DNA of 64,000 nt, from contig CAVZDJ010000050.1 of NCBI GenBank assembly GCA_963773975.1, positions 6,176 through 70,175 on the forward strand. The letters are read 5' to 3'. Made by a program: the position numbers and the translations under genes. Positions 35,233-45,366 of the stretch are shown in pieces. Positions within the stretch are counted from its first letter, which is position 1; the number at the start of each line of letters is the position of its first letter. The DNA is from an uncultured delta proteobacterium (GTDB lineage: Bacteria > Desulfobacterota > Binatia > Binatales > Binataceae). The notes beneath the pieces are model-generated. The model had not been told where the DNA came from, searched no databases, and saw only the letters and a program-made list of their open reading frames with translations.

Positions 35233-36252
35233 ATGAGCGAACTCGTCCATAAATTCGTCAATACCAACGGTATCAGGATGCACGTGGTCGAGGCCGGCAA
35301 GGGCTTTCCGGTGGTTTTTTGCCACGGCTTTCCCGAGCTCTGGTACTCGTGGCGCCATCAACTCCGCGCGCTCTCCGAGGCCGGCTTTCGCGCGATCGCG
35401 CCCGACCAGCGCGGCTATGGCGAAACCGATTGTCCGCAACCGGTGGAGGCTTACCAGGTGCGCGAGCTGGTAAAGGACATCGTCGGGATGCTCGACGCGC
35501 TCGAGATCGACCAGTGCGTAATCGTCGGCCATGACTGGGGCGGCTTCGTCAGTTGGCAGAGCGCGATGCGCGCGCCCGGACGCTGCGCGCGCGTGATCAA
35601 TCTCAATACCCCATTCATGCCGCGATGGCTTCCGTCGACGCCGGGCAGCCCCGAGCATCCGAAAATAATCTGGGTGACCAGTCCGCAACCCGCGCCGACC
35701 AAACCGACCGAGATGGCGCGGAAGAACGCCGCCGGCGATTTTCATTATGTGTTGCACTTCCAGCAGCCCGGCGTTGCCGAGGCCGAACTCGAACGCGACG
35801 TGCGGCGCACGCTGCGTGGTCTCTATCGCGACCCGATGCCGCTTGCGCCGCTCGCGGAGCGGCCCGCGCCGGGCGTGTTCGGTCCGGCGGGCGGCGGTCT
35901 GTTGGATCGTCTGCCTGACGGACCGCTCGGCAAATACATGAGCGAGGCCGACCTCGACGTCTATGTAAAAGCGTTCGAGAAGACCGGCTTTCGCGGCGGA
36001 CTCAACTGGTACCGCAACATCGACCGCAATTGGGAGGAGTCGGCAAACCTGCCCGACCGGGTCGATCAGCCGGCGTTGATGATCACCGCCGAACTCGATT
36101 TCGTGCTGTGGCCCGAGCAGACGCTGGGGATGGAGCGATGGGTTCCCAATCTCAAGCGCGCGAACATCAAGGGCTCAGGCCATTGGACACAGCAGGAGAA
36201 GCCTGAGGAGGTGAACGCCGCGATACTGGAGTTCCTGTCGGACCTTCGATGA
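35233..36252 (+). CDS. Alpha/beta hydrolase, soluble epoxide hydrolase family
   Basis: HGFPELWYSWRHQ, PDQRGYG, GHDWGG nucleophile, LNWYRN and GHWTQQE. Confidence 0.93.
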   Translation: MSELVHKFVNTNGIRMHVVEAGKGFPVVFCHGFPELWYSWRHQLRALSEAGFRAIAPDQRGYGETDCPQPVEAYQVRELVKDIVGMLDALEIDQCVIVGHDWGGFVSWQSAMRAPGRCARVINLNTPFMPRWLPSTPGSPEHPKIIWVTSPQPAPTKPTEMARKNAAGDFHYVLHFQQPGVAEAELERDVRRTLRGLYRDPMPLAPLAERPAPGVFGPAGGGLLDRLPDGPLGKYMSEADLDVYVKAFEKTGFRGGLNWYRNIDRNWEESANLPDRVDQPALMITAELDFVLWPEQTLGMERWVPNLKRANIKGSGHWTQQEKPEEVNAAILEFLSDLR

Positions 36253-36400
36253 CGGCAGCTTCGCGTCGTCCATGACCGGCGGCTTCGCGCGATGGTGCAG
36301 CTTCGCGACTCGGCAAGTGCTTCGGAGTAGTCTGTATTCCAGGTTGCGCTGTCGCCGGAGGCGGATTGAATCGGCCCCGGCGTCACGTTACTCTATGGTC

Positions 36401-38569
36401 ATGTTTGTGAAGCCAAGTAGTGGGCTATTGGGTTTGGTTGTGGTGGTGGGATTGGCCGCGCTTTTGGCTACCCCGGCGCGGGGGTTCGGCCCCGTCAATT
36501 CGGCGGCCGCTCCTTCGATTCGCGGCGACGCACGTTCCATCCTCGGCCAGTTCGGCATCCTCACCGTCGTTCCGATCAACCCCGAGCAGGCCTTCATCGA
36601 GGGCTACGAAGCCTACCGCGCGCATGACCTGATGAAGACGATCGAGCGGATGACGCTCGCGGCCGACAAGTACCCGGCGCTTGCCGATTACGCGCTGTTC
36701 TATCTCGGGTCGGCCCAGCGCGACAGTGGCGACAACCAGAGCGCCGCTGCGGCCTTTCGCCGGCTAAGCTACGGCTATCCGCAAAGCGTCTTCGCCGACG
36801 AGGCGTCGCTCCAGTACGCGGAGATCCAATTCAAGCTGGGACGTCTCGGCGATGCGCAGGCCGCCGCCGCGGCGCTGACGGCGCGCAATCCGGCGCCGGA
36901 TGTTGACCAGCAGGCGCGGCTGGTCGAGGCGCGCGCCGCGTTAGCCTTGGGCGATGCGGAGCGCGCTTTCAGCCAACTGCAGGCGCTGCGCGAAAAATAT
37001 CCGCAGGGCGAGTCCGACGCCGAGGCGCGCACGCTCGCCTACTCGACCGCCGCGGCCCGTCCCGATCTGATCGACACCCACTCGCTCGACTACCATCGCC
37101 GCGAGGCCGCTTTGCTCCTGCACGAGGGTCAGTCCTCGATGGCGCTTGTCCAGTGCGACGAAGCGCTTGCGCTCGAGCCTCCGGCGAGCGTGCATGCGGA
37201 GATGCTGTGGCTCAAAGCGCGCGCGCTGCGGGCCGATTCCGACCGCGAGATGGTCGCGCTCAATGGTTATCTGAAGTACGCGCCGCATGGCGAGATGGCT
37301 CCGGAGGCGCTCTATCGGCTGGGGCACTTGCAGTGGCGGACCGGCGACACGCAAGCCGCGCGCGCCACGTTGAGCAAGCTCGTGCAGGGATTTCCGGCAA
37401 GCGAGCTCGCGCCGTCCGCGATGTTCGATATCGGGCGCGCCTATGAGGATGACACTCAGTGGGACCTCGCCCGCGCCGCGTATCTGCGCCTGGTCCGCAG
37501 CTATCCGCATAGCCCAGAGGCCGCCGACGGGCGCTTCCGCGCGCCGTTTGCGCTCTACATGATGGGGCAATTCGACCCGGCGGCGCGCGAATTCGCCTCG
37601 ATGCAGCCAATGGCTGCGTCGGCCTCCGAACGCGACGCGCTTTCGTACTGGCATGCGCGCTCGATGGAACGCTCCGGCCAGAGCGCCGCGGCCACCGCGA
37701 TTTATCAAGGCCTCGCGCAAAGCACCGCGAGCAACTACTACCCCGAACTGGCGGCGCGCCGCATCGGCGCGCCTACCTTACAGGCGGCCGCCGCCGACGC
37801 CTCCCAGCTCGACGCGGCCATGCCTTCCGTCGCGCCCGGCAGCCTCGCCGCGTTTCATCTGGACCACGTCACCACGTTGAAGCGCCTTGGCCTGAGCTAT
37901 CTCGAAGCGCCCGAGTTGCGCGCGCTCGCCGCCGAGGACTCGACCGACCCGCGCGTGCGCGATTTCGTGCTCGCCGAATTGCAGCGCACGGGCGAATGGT
38001 ACGCGGCGATCGAAATCGCGGTGCGGCTGGAGAAGACCGGGAGCCTCGACTCCTCGGCCACCGAACGGCTGCGCTATCCGCGCGCCTACTGGGACATGAT
38101 TGCGCAGGCCGCCAGCGGCGACGCGCTCGATCCTTACCTGGTGCTCGCGCTGATGCGCCAGGAGAGCCTGTTCAATCCGCAGGCGCGCTCGGTGAGCGAC
38201 GCGCGCGGCCTGATGCAGTTGATGCCAGCCACGGCCGATCGGGTAGGGCCGTCGGCGGGGGTCGAGCAAGCCTCGCTCAATCTCTATGATCCTTCGCTGA
38301 GCGTGCGCGTGGGCACCGCCTATTTAAAGAACCTGTTCGAGATGTTTGGCGGCGATCCATTCAAGGCGGTCGCGGCTTACAATGCGGGCGAGCACGCGGT
38401 CCAGCAGTGGAACGCCAAGTATCCCGGCGACGACGATCAATGGGTCGAGAATATCGGCTTTCACGAAACCCGCGATTACGTAAAGCGGGTGATCGGCGGC
38501 TTGCGGGAGTACCGGTTACTCTATCCCGAGCACACGGTCTCGAGTGCAGTGGCCAAGCCGCCAGGGTAG
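36401..38569 (+). CDS. Soluble lytic transglycosylase (Slt70-like) with TPR repeats
   Basis: Signal peptide, TPR-like helical repeats, and SLT domain ALMRQESLF...ARGLMQLMP...AAYNAG...ETRDYVKRV. Confidence 0.93.
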   Translation: MFVKPSSGLLGLVVVVGLAALLATPARGFGPVNSAAAPSIRGDARSILGQFGILTVVPINPEQAFIEGYEAYRAHDLMKTIERMTLAADKYPALADYALFYLGSAQRDSGDNQSAAAAFRRLSYGYPQSVFADEASLQYAEIQFKLGRLGDAQAAAAALTARNPAPDVDQQARLVEARAALALGDAERAFSQLQALREKYPQGESDAEARTLAYSTAAARPDLIDTHSLDYHRREAALLLHEGQSSMALVQCDEALALEPPASVHAEMLWLKARALRADSDREMVALNGYLKYAPHGEMAPEALYRLGHLQWRTGDTQAARATLSKLVQGFPASELAPSAMFDIGRAYEDDTQWDLARAAYLRLVRSYPHSPEAADGRFRAPFALYMMGQFDPAAREFASMQPMAASASERDALSYWHARSMERSGQSAAATAIYQGLAQSTASNYYPELAARRIGAPTLQAAAADASQLDAAMPSVAPGSLAAFHLDHVTTLKRLGLSYLEAPELRALAAEDSTDPRVRDFVLAELQRTGEWYAAIEIAVRLEKTGSLDSSATERLRYPRAYWDMIAQAASGDALDPYLVLALMRQESLFNPQARSVSDARGLMQLMPATADRVGPSAGVEQASLNLYDPSLSVRVGTAYLKNLFEMFGGDPFKAVAAYNAGEHAVQQWNAKYPGDDDQWVENIGFHETRDYVKRVIGGLREYRLLYPEHTVSSAVAKPPG

Positions 38570-38656
38570 GGCGATTGCCGGACCGGCGAGCCGCGCACCC
38601 CGACCTACAGCCGATATGCCGCTGACAAAGCCCGGCAAAAAAACCTCAAACAAATC

Positions 38657-39589
38657 ATGACCGCAGCCGGCAAGCCGCTGCCTGGACCATTGCGCGGCTC
38701 AATCGCCGGTATCGACGTCGGCGAGAATTTTCTTGATCTCGCGATCGTCGGCTCGCCGCCGCGCACGCTGGTTTTCAAACGCGTCGCGCTTGACGGGCTG
38801 AATGGCACCGCGTGCAGCACTCTCGCCCGGAGGATTAAGGACGCTGCGCCGGAACTCGATTCGCGCGCGACCGCGTTGGTCGACTCGCCGCGCTGGCCGC
38901 GCGATCTCGATTGGTCGCGCGGGACGCAGAGACGCGCTCCTGCGCCGCGCGGGCGCGAGGTCGACGCGGTCCTGCGGCAAATCTTCCGCACCTTGGTGGC
39001 CCCTTCCGCCGCCAAAGCGGTTCCCGCAGTAAAACTTCGGAGGCCGGGGCTCTCGATGTTCCCGACGCCGCCGTACGACTACTTCGCGCGATGCGCACGC
39101 GATCCGCGATGCAAGCCCCATCTGAGCGCGATCGCGGCGGAACTGTTTGGCGCGCTCTCGCCGGACGAGCTTGGTGGCGACGGAGAAGCGCGCAGGTCCG
39201 CGCCGAGCGGCGGCGCGATCTTCACCCGCTTCATGCTGGCTGGGTTTGCAACCTATCGCGCGCTGGAGCGGCTTGGCGTGCAGGCCTTCGAGTCCTATCC
39301 CGACCTCCAATTGCGCCTTTCGTCTCCGTCGACCGAGCTTCCGCCCAAAGACCGGCGCGCCGAGGCGCTGGCCGCGCGCCGTCGTATCGTCGCGTCGCTC
39401 GCGGCAGCGCTGAGGCTTCGCGATACGCCCGTGCCGGCGAATCTCGATCAGGCTGACGCTGCGGCGCTGGCGCTCGCGGTTGCGGTATGCGCTCGCCGCG
39501 GCGCGCTATGGGTCATCGGCAATCCGTGCGAGGGACGCTTCATGCTCGCGCTCGACGCTCGCCAGGCACGCCACGTCGCGCTTTCGTAA
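38657..39589 (+). CDS. DUF429-like protein (predicted RNase H-like fold)
   Basis: AGIDVG, LVDSP, REVD, ESYP and DQADAAALA follow the DUF429 pattern (GID...IDAP...RxxD...ExYP...DxxDA). Confidence 0.7.
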   Translation: MTAAGKPLPGPLRGSIAGIDVGENFLDLAIVGSPPRTLVFKRVALDGLNGTACSTLARRIKDAAPELDSRATALVDSPRWPRDLDWSRGTQRRAPAPRGREVDAVLRQIFRTLVAPSAAKAVPAVKLRRPGLSMFPTPPYDYFARCARDPRCKPHLSAIAAELFGALSPDELGGDGEARRSAPSGGAIFTRFMLAGFATYRALERLGVQAFESYPDLQLRLSSPSTELPPKDRRAEALAARRRIVASLAAALRLRDTPVPANLDQADAAALALAVAVCARRGALWVIGNPCEGRFMLALDARQARHVALS

Positions 39590-39624
39590 TGGTTGGGAGG
39601 GGAGGGGTCAGACGTCTTCCCACG

Positions 39625-39846
39625 CCTCTCCCGTGTCTGGGGAGGGCCGACGGCCGTTTGCGGCCGTCGAAAGAGGGTCGATTCCGGCGCGCTCGTTTCG
39701 AGCGCGCGGCTCCAAAAGTTTCAGAATTTTGATTTGAGCAACTGCACCATGGACTCGGGATGCCGGGCACGTACAAATGCGGTGTCCGCGCGCCCGTGAA
39801 AAACACTCCCACCCCGACCAACCCTTCCCGAAGACACGGGAGGGAG
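39625..39846. repeat. Inverted pair of REP-like palindromes (CCTCTCCC...GGGAGGG type)
   Basis: CCTCTCCCGTGTCTGGGGAGGG at 39625 and, on the opposite strand, CTCCCTCCCGTGTCTTCGGGAAGGG ending at 39846; further hairpins lie between them. Confidence 0.7.
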
Positions 39847-40018
39847 TCAGCACGGCACGGACTGCAACCTACCGGGTTCTCCCAACGACAGTTGGGGGAA
39901 AAAAAGCAGCTATCGAATCACTTGGATTCAAGACTACCCAGCTAGGCCGCTTGACAAGCGCCGGGCCGCCACGCATCAAAGTTGCTTGGCTGGCCCGCGC
40001 GCGCCACTTTGCATACTG

Positions 40019-40705
40019 ATGTCATCGCAGCGCGAATTCAAAGCGGTTTTTTTCGATCTCGACGGCACCCTGGTCGATATCCACGGGCCGCGCTATATCG
40101 CCGCGCGCCGTGCGCTCGACGACCTCGGCCACGCGCCGCCGCTGACCCGCGAGAGCTACCATCAGGCGCTCGAACAGGACGACCCGTTTCTCGGCCTGCC
40201 CGAAGACAAGCGCGCCGAGTATACCAAGCTCGCGTTCGCCTATTTTCTCGCCGAGATCGACCGTACCGAGCGGCTCGAACTGCTGCCCTATGTGCAGGAA
40301 ACGCTGGCCGAGCTCAAGCGGCGCGGCTACGCCACCGCCCTCATCACCAGCCGTCCCGGCGACTCGCAGCGGCTGGTCGAGAAACTTGCGATGGTCGGGC
40401 TCGCGTCTTACTTCGACCAGGTGATCACGCAAACCGGCACCACCATGCGGATCCTCGACAAGACGCAGAGCCTCAAGCAGGCCGCGATGCGCGCCGCGAT
40501 GCTGCCGCAGGCTTGCATGTACGTCGGGGACGAGCCGCGCGACGTGATGGCGGCGATGAACGCGGGCTATGGCGCGTCGGTAGCGGTCGCCACCGGACCT
40601 GCCAGCTACCGCATGCTCACCAACCATCCGCAATATCGCGCGGAATTCGTCATGCGCTCGATGAGCGAACTGATCGGATTGCTGGAACGGCTGAAGGGCG
40701 TTTAG
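40019..40705 (+). CDS. HAD-family phosphatase (Gph/MupP-like)
   Basis: FDLDGTLVD motif I, ITSR, K, and YVGDEPRD. Confidence 0.92.
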   Translation: MSSQREFKAVFFDLDGTLVDIHGPRYIAARRALDDLGHAPPLTRESYHQALEQDDPFLGLPEDKRAEYTKLAFAYFLAEIDRTERLELLPYVQETLAELKRRGYATALITSRPGDSQRLVEKLAMVGLASYFDQVITQTGTTMRILDKTQSLKQAAMRAAMLPQACMYVGDEPRDVMAAMNAGYGASVAVATGPASYRMLTNHPQYRAEFVMRSMSELIGLLERLKGV

Positions 40706-40776
40706 AGGATCGCGTTCCGCCGGTCGACCGCGGCATAAGTATCGACGGGGTGGCGATGTAGGACGCTGGCGTGTGC

Positions 40777-41574
40777 TCACAGGAATGGCAGGCGCGGCGG
40801 GGCCGTCGCGAATTCGGCACGCAGCGCTTGAAGGCTCTTCAGATCGTCGACCGTGCGAAACAGGCCGCGATGCACGTAACCGAACATCGCCTGCCCCCGT
40901 GCCAATAACGGCGCGAACAGATCCCCCATCAGGCTGAACGGCGGCGCCTTGGGCGGCATCAACTCGAAAACCGCCGGCTCGCACAGCATCACGCCGCAAT
41001 ACATATAGGCCACCAGGAGCGCCGCGCCGGCCACGTCGAGCCCGGGCCCATAGTCATCGAATTCCGCCTGCGATCGGAATTCGTTGGACGTGCGGCGCTT
41101 AAGCAAACGCATCCGGCGCACGCGCGCATCGGCGTCGATTTCGATTCGGCTATAAGCCTCGGGCGTGGCGTTTTCGCGCAGCACCAGGGTCGCGAGGCCG
41201 CCGCGGCGACGATGGAATTCCGCCAGCGCATGCAGGTCGAGATCGATTATCGTGTCGCAGTTGAGGATCGCGAAGGTCTCGTTACCGAAGAACTCGCGCA
41301 GTCCGACCAGTGGCCCGCCGGTGCCCAACAGCGACGCCTCGGGCGCGTACGTTATTCGCACGCCTATTGCGTCGCCGCTTCCGAGCTTGGTCTGGACTGC
41401 GGCGGCCAGGTGATGGACGTTGATCGCGACCTCGGTCACGCCTGCGCGCGCGAGCATCCGGAGCGGATAATGAATCAGCGGACACCCGCCGACTTCGACG
41501 ATCGGTTTGGGCAAGGTCGCTGTCAGCGGCAGCAGCCGCTCGCCCTTGCCCGCCGACAGCACCAGCGCTTTCAT
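40777..41574 (-). CDS. murU: Sugar-1-phosphate nucleotidyltransferase, MurU-like
   Basis: MKALVLSAGKGERLLPLT...PKP, INVHHL, LLGTGG and NCD; short single-domain form directly downstream of an AmgK-like kinase. Confidence 0.8.
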   Translation of the reverse strand: MKALVLSAGKGERLLPLTATLPKPIVEVGGCPLIHYPLRMLARAGVTEVAINVHHLAAAVQTKLGSGDAIGVRITYAPEASLLGTGGPLVGLREFFGNETFAILNCDTIIDLDLHALAEFHRRRGGLATLVLRENATPEAYSRIEIDADARVRRMRLLKRRTSNEFRSQAEFDDYGPGLDVAGAALLVAYMYCGVMLCEPAVFELMPPKAPPFSLMGDLFAPLLARGQAMFGYVHRGLFRTVDDLKSLQALRAEFATAPPRLPFL

Positions 41575-41613
41575 CGACTCGTCATTGCCTCGCGCATCAC
41601 TTCGGTGGCCGCG

Positions 41614-42747
41614 TTAGCGCACGTCGAAGGCCGCACGCAATTGCGGAAAATCATTTTTCTCCGGATGGGTCGACAGTATCGCGAGCATCCTGCGCGCCTG
41701 GGCCGCCGCATGCGGAATAAACGCCGCGTAACCCGGCTTGCCCTGGCGCTCGAGCGCGTTGAAACGTCCGATCACCTTGAGCGCGTGTTGAAGCACGCAC
41801 AAATAATAGCTGTTGACGAATTCGCCGGCATCGGGGCACGGGACACCGCGGCGCGCGAGGCCCGCGACATAGTAGTCGAGCAGTCTGCGCTCCGCGTCGG
41901 GGGCGATTACGCGGCCGGTGTCGCGCGTGGTGAGCAGCACCGCCAGGTCCTGAGCGGCGGGTGCGAGCAACGCGTCCTGAAAATCGATTACCCGGATGCG
42001 CAATCCCGTACGATCATTTTGCACGAAGAGGTTGTGGCCGTGGTAGTCGCGATGCGACAGCACGCGCGCAACGCCGCCGAGCCGCGCCGCGAGATCGCCA
42101 AGCTCCGGCGCGAGCGAGTTCATGTCGGTGCCGGGCGCGACGCTCGCCGCTCCCATCGCTAGAAAATCTTCCATCTCCCATCGAAACAGCCGCTCGTCGT
42201 ATACGATCGACGCGGCGATGCATCCAGGGCCGAGCCGGCGCGTGCCTTCCACGTGAATCAGCAGCAGTTCGTCGATCGCGCCCCGATAGAGCGTTGCCGG
42301 TTTAGCGACGGCGTCCAGCGCGGCCTGGAATAACGAAGTCTCGCCGACGTCCTCGACCAGTAACATTCGATGGGCCGGGTCCGCGACGTAAATTTCGGGC
42401 ACGGCCGTGCCGATCGATTTTAGAAAACGCTGCACGTTGAGGAAAGGCGGTTCGGCCGGCGGACTGGACACCAGGTTCAGGGCGCGCACGTAAGCGGGCA
42501 AGTCGTCGGGGCCTAGGTCGATGGCGATCGCGGAGATTGGTGGGGTCGTCGCCGATGCGGGCGATGTCGCGTTTGACGCGCCGCAGGGAACCGGCGGCGT
42601 GTCAAGTGCGACCCGCCAGAAGCGGCGGTTAGACGCGTCGCCTTTGAGCATCGTGACGCCGCTGGCGCGCGCGCCGGGCCATCGGCCGGCGAGCGCGCCG
42701 TCGAGCCATCGCGTGAGCGCTGGCGATTGGGCCTGGGTGGACGACAC
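41614..42747 (-). CDS. amgK: APH-fold anomeric MurNAc/GlcNAc kinase, AmgK-like
   Basis: GDASNRRFWR, PFL, VPEIY, EDVG, HRDYHGHNL, IDFQDA and LKVIGRF. Confidence 0.85.
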   Translation of the reverse strand: MSSTQAQSPALTRWLDGALAGRWPGARASGVTMLKGDASNRRFWRVALDTPPVPCGASNATSPASATTPPISAIAIDLGPDDLPAYVRALNLVSSPPAEPPFLNVQRFLKSIGTAVPEIYVADPAHRMLLVEDVGETSLFQAALDAVAKPATLYRGAIDELLLIHVEGTRRLGPGCIAASIVYDERLFRWEMEDFLAMGAASVAPGTDMNSLAPELGDLAARLGGVARVLSHRDYHGHNLFVQNDRTGLRIRVIDFQDALLAPAAQDLAVLLTTRDTGRVIAPDAERRLLDYYVAGLARRGVPCPDAGEFVNSYYLCVLQHALKVIGRFNALERQGKPGYAAFIPHAAAQARRMLAILSTHPEKNDFPQLRAAFDVR

Positions 42748-42938
42748 GACGCGATCTTAGCCCCTGCACGCGGCGACGGCCATGCGTGCGGGCCGTCGGC
42801 CCGCATGCATGGCCGTCGCCGCCGGGGCGCCGCGGGGAGGCCGCACTGCACGCGAGCCACGACGCCGGCGCGAATACGTGCCGCGCGCGCGAGTGCCACG
42901 CCGCGCAAGGCGCGCTCGGCGCGGCTCCCGCGCCTGCG

Positions 42939-45038
42939 CTACGAGCCCGACGTCGCCGCGCCGCCGTCGAGGCTCATCAGCTCTTCGTACAGCCGCTCGA
43001 TTTCGCCGCCGAGACGCTCGTAGGCGGCGATGAGTTCCCGGGCGTCGGTGCGTTGCAGATAGAAGTTGGGGTCGTTCATCTGCTCGCCGAGCGCGGCGCG
43101 CTCGGTCTCCTTGCGCCCGATATCGCCCTCGAGCGTTTGGCGCCGGCGGGCGCGCCGTTCGCGCTCGCGGCGCTGCTTTACTTCGTTGACGTTGGCGGAC
43201 GGCGGCGCCGCCGCGTGCTGGGCGCCCGCGGGGCGTCCGCCGGTATCGGCGGACGCCCCGCGGGCGGTGCGAGCGCCGTTAACGCTGCGCGCGGCGTTGG
43301 TGCGAGCGCCGTTGCCGGGCGCACCGGAGTCCGGGCCGCCGGCGGCGGCGCGGACTCCGGCGGTCCGCTCGGCGACGGCCGCCGCCGCTGCGGTGCGGAC
43401 GGCGGCGCCGTTGGCGGCCAGCGCGGCGGAATCGGCCGCCGCTTTCTTGGCCAGGTAGTAATCGTAGTTACCGAGATAGCGTGTCGCGTGGCCCTGGCCG
43501 ACCTCGATAACCTCGGTCGCCAGTTCGTTAAGCAGGTAGCGGTCGTGACTGACGATCACCACGGTGCCGGGAAAACGGCGGAGCGCTTCGAGCAGCGTGT
43601 CTTTGGCCACGATGTCGAGGTTGTTGGTCGGCTCGTCGAGCAGCAGACAGTTGTTACGATGCGCCAGCACTTTGGCGAGCGCGAGCCGCGCGCGCTCGCC
43701 ACCCGAGAGCACGCCGGCGGGCTTCAGGGCGTCGTCGCCCGAAAAAAGCATCGCGCCCAACAGCCCGCGAATTTCGCCGGTCGTCATCCCTTCCGCCGCG
43801 TCGCTCAACTCGTTGAGCGCGGTCTTGCCGTAGTCGAGCGATTCGGCGAGGTTCTGAGCGAAGTAGCCGATCTCGACTCCGGCGCCGACAGTGCGCTGAC
43901 CGGCGGTCATCGGTTCAATCCCCGCGAGCAGTTTCATCATCGTGGATTTGCCCGCGCCGTTCGGACCCACCAGCGCAATTCGCGCACCGCGCTCGATGGT
44001 CAGGTCGACGCCGTCGTAAACCGTGATATCGCCGTAACGCTTGACCGCGCCGCGCAGCTCGAAGACCCGGCGCCCGCCGCGCTCGCACTGAGGAAAATGG
44101 ATCGCGGGCGACTTTTCGCTGCCGGCCGGCGGCTCCAGCCGGTCGATTTTTTCGAGCTGTTTTATCCGGCTCTGGACCAGCTTGGCCTTGCTCGCCTGGT
44201 AGCGAAAGCGGCTGATGAAGGCCTCCATGTGCTCGATCTCGGCGCGCTGATTCTCATAAGCGGCCTGCTCCAGCTCGTGGCGGCGCTCGCGTTCGACCAG
44301 GTAGGCGGAGTAGCCGCCCTGGTATTCGACCAGCCGTCCGCGCGCGACCTCGACCGTGCGGTCGGTCACGCGGTCGAGAAAGTAGCGGTCGTGCGAGACC
44401 AGGATGATCCCGCCCGGATAGTTCGCCAGGTAATCCTCGAGCCAGTTGCGCGCCTCGAGGTCGAGATGGTTGGTGGGCTCGTCGAGCATCAGGAATTCCG
44501 GACGGCGCACGAGCAATTTCGCCAGCGCGATACGCATCCGGATGCCGCCGGAGAACTCGGCCACGTCGCGCGCGAGGTCGGCCTCGCTGAAGCCCAGCCC
44601 GAACAGCACCGCTTTGGCGCGGCTGTCGGCCTCGTAGAAGCCGTGACGCTCCAGTTCGCTCAGGACGTCGCCGAGCTCGGTGAGCGCCGCGTCGTGCTCG
44701 GGGCCGCTATGATGGGTCGCGAGGATCTCTTCGAGCTCGACACGGCGGCGGTCGTGCGCCTGCATCTCGCTCAGCGCGGAGAGCGTCTCCTCCAGAACCG
44801 GCCGCCCACCCATCTCGGGCGCGTCCTGCGGCAGATAGCCGACCGACGAGCGCTGCGGGCGCGCGATACGGCCTGCGTCGGGCGCGATAACCTCGGCGAT
44901 CATGCGCAACAAAGTGGTCTTGCCGGCGCCGTTGAGGCCGACCAGGCCGACCCGCGCGTCGTCGGCCATCGCCCAACTCACGTTCTCGAAGATCGTGTGG
45001 CCGCCGTAGAACTTTGAGACTTTATCGAGCGCCAGCAT
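42939..45038 (-). CDS. ABC-F family ATPase
   Basis: Two NBDs (GLNGAGKT/FSGG/LDEPTNHLD and GPNGAGKST/LSGGE/LDEPTNNLD), no TM domain, C-terminal coiled coil; ATG at 45038. Confidence 0.96.
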   Translation of the reverse strand: MLALDKVSKFYGGHTIFENVSWAMADDARVGLVGLNGAGKTTLLRMIAEVIAPDAGRIARPQRSSVGYLPQDAPEMGGRPVLEETLSALSEMQAHDRRRVELEEILATHHSGPEHDAALTELGDVLSELERHGFYEADSRAKAVLFGLGFSEADLARDVAEFSGGIRMRIALAKLLVRRPEFLMLDEPTNHLDLEARNWLEDYLANYPGGIILVSHDRYFLDRVTDRTVEVARGRLVEYQGGYSAYLVERERRHELEQAAYENQRAEIEHMEAFISRFRYQASKAKLVQSRIKQLEKIDRLEPPAGSEKSPAIHFPQCERGGRRVFELRGAVKRYGDITVYDGVDLTIERGARIALVGPNGAGKSTMMKLLAGIEPMTAGQRTVGAGVEIGYFAQNLAESLDYGKTALNELSDAAEGMTTGEIRGLLGAMLFSGDDALKPAGVLSGGERARLALAKVLAHRNNCLLLDEPTNNLDIVAKDTLLEALRRFPGTVVIVSHDRYLLNELATEVIEVGQGHATRYLGNYDYYLAKKAAADSAALAANGAAVRTAAAAAVAERTAGVRAAAGGPDSGAPGNGARTNAARSVNGARTARGASADTGGRPAGAQHAAAPPSANVNEVKQRRERERRARRRQTLEGDIGRKETERAALGEQMNDPNFYLQRTDARELIAAYERLGGEIERLYEELMSLDGGAATSGS

Positions 45039-45366
45039 CAGGCAGCTTCCGGTAAATCCAGGAGATTCGGGAAATTCCGAGTAATTGGCGCAAAAACGCG
45101 CAGCACGCATCTCGAAACGCCGCGCCGCGCGCCTTTCGATCTGGCGGCATCACCGCTCGACGCCGCGCGCGCCGCTTAATCCCGCCATTGTAGCTGCATC
45201 GGAGGGCGTGCAAAAGCCGGGCGCTGCCGACTGGACAATTCGTTTGGGCAGACTCGTGTAAGGGAGCGGCATTGGGAGCCCGGGTATGGACGGGGCGTGG
45301 CGCAATCCGTTTAATGGTGGGGTAAGCTCGCCCGGCGCGGCCGGCCGGCGACAACGGAGGAACGAC

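Noticed and set aside
42786-45017. 743-aa plus-strand ORF
   Set aside because: Antisense shadow of the ABC-F gene.
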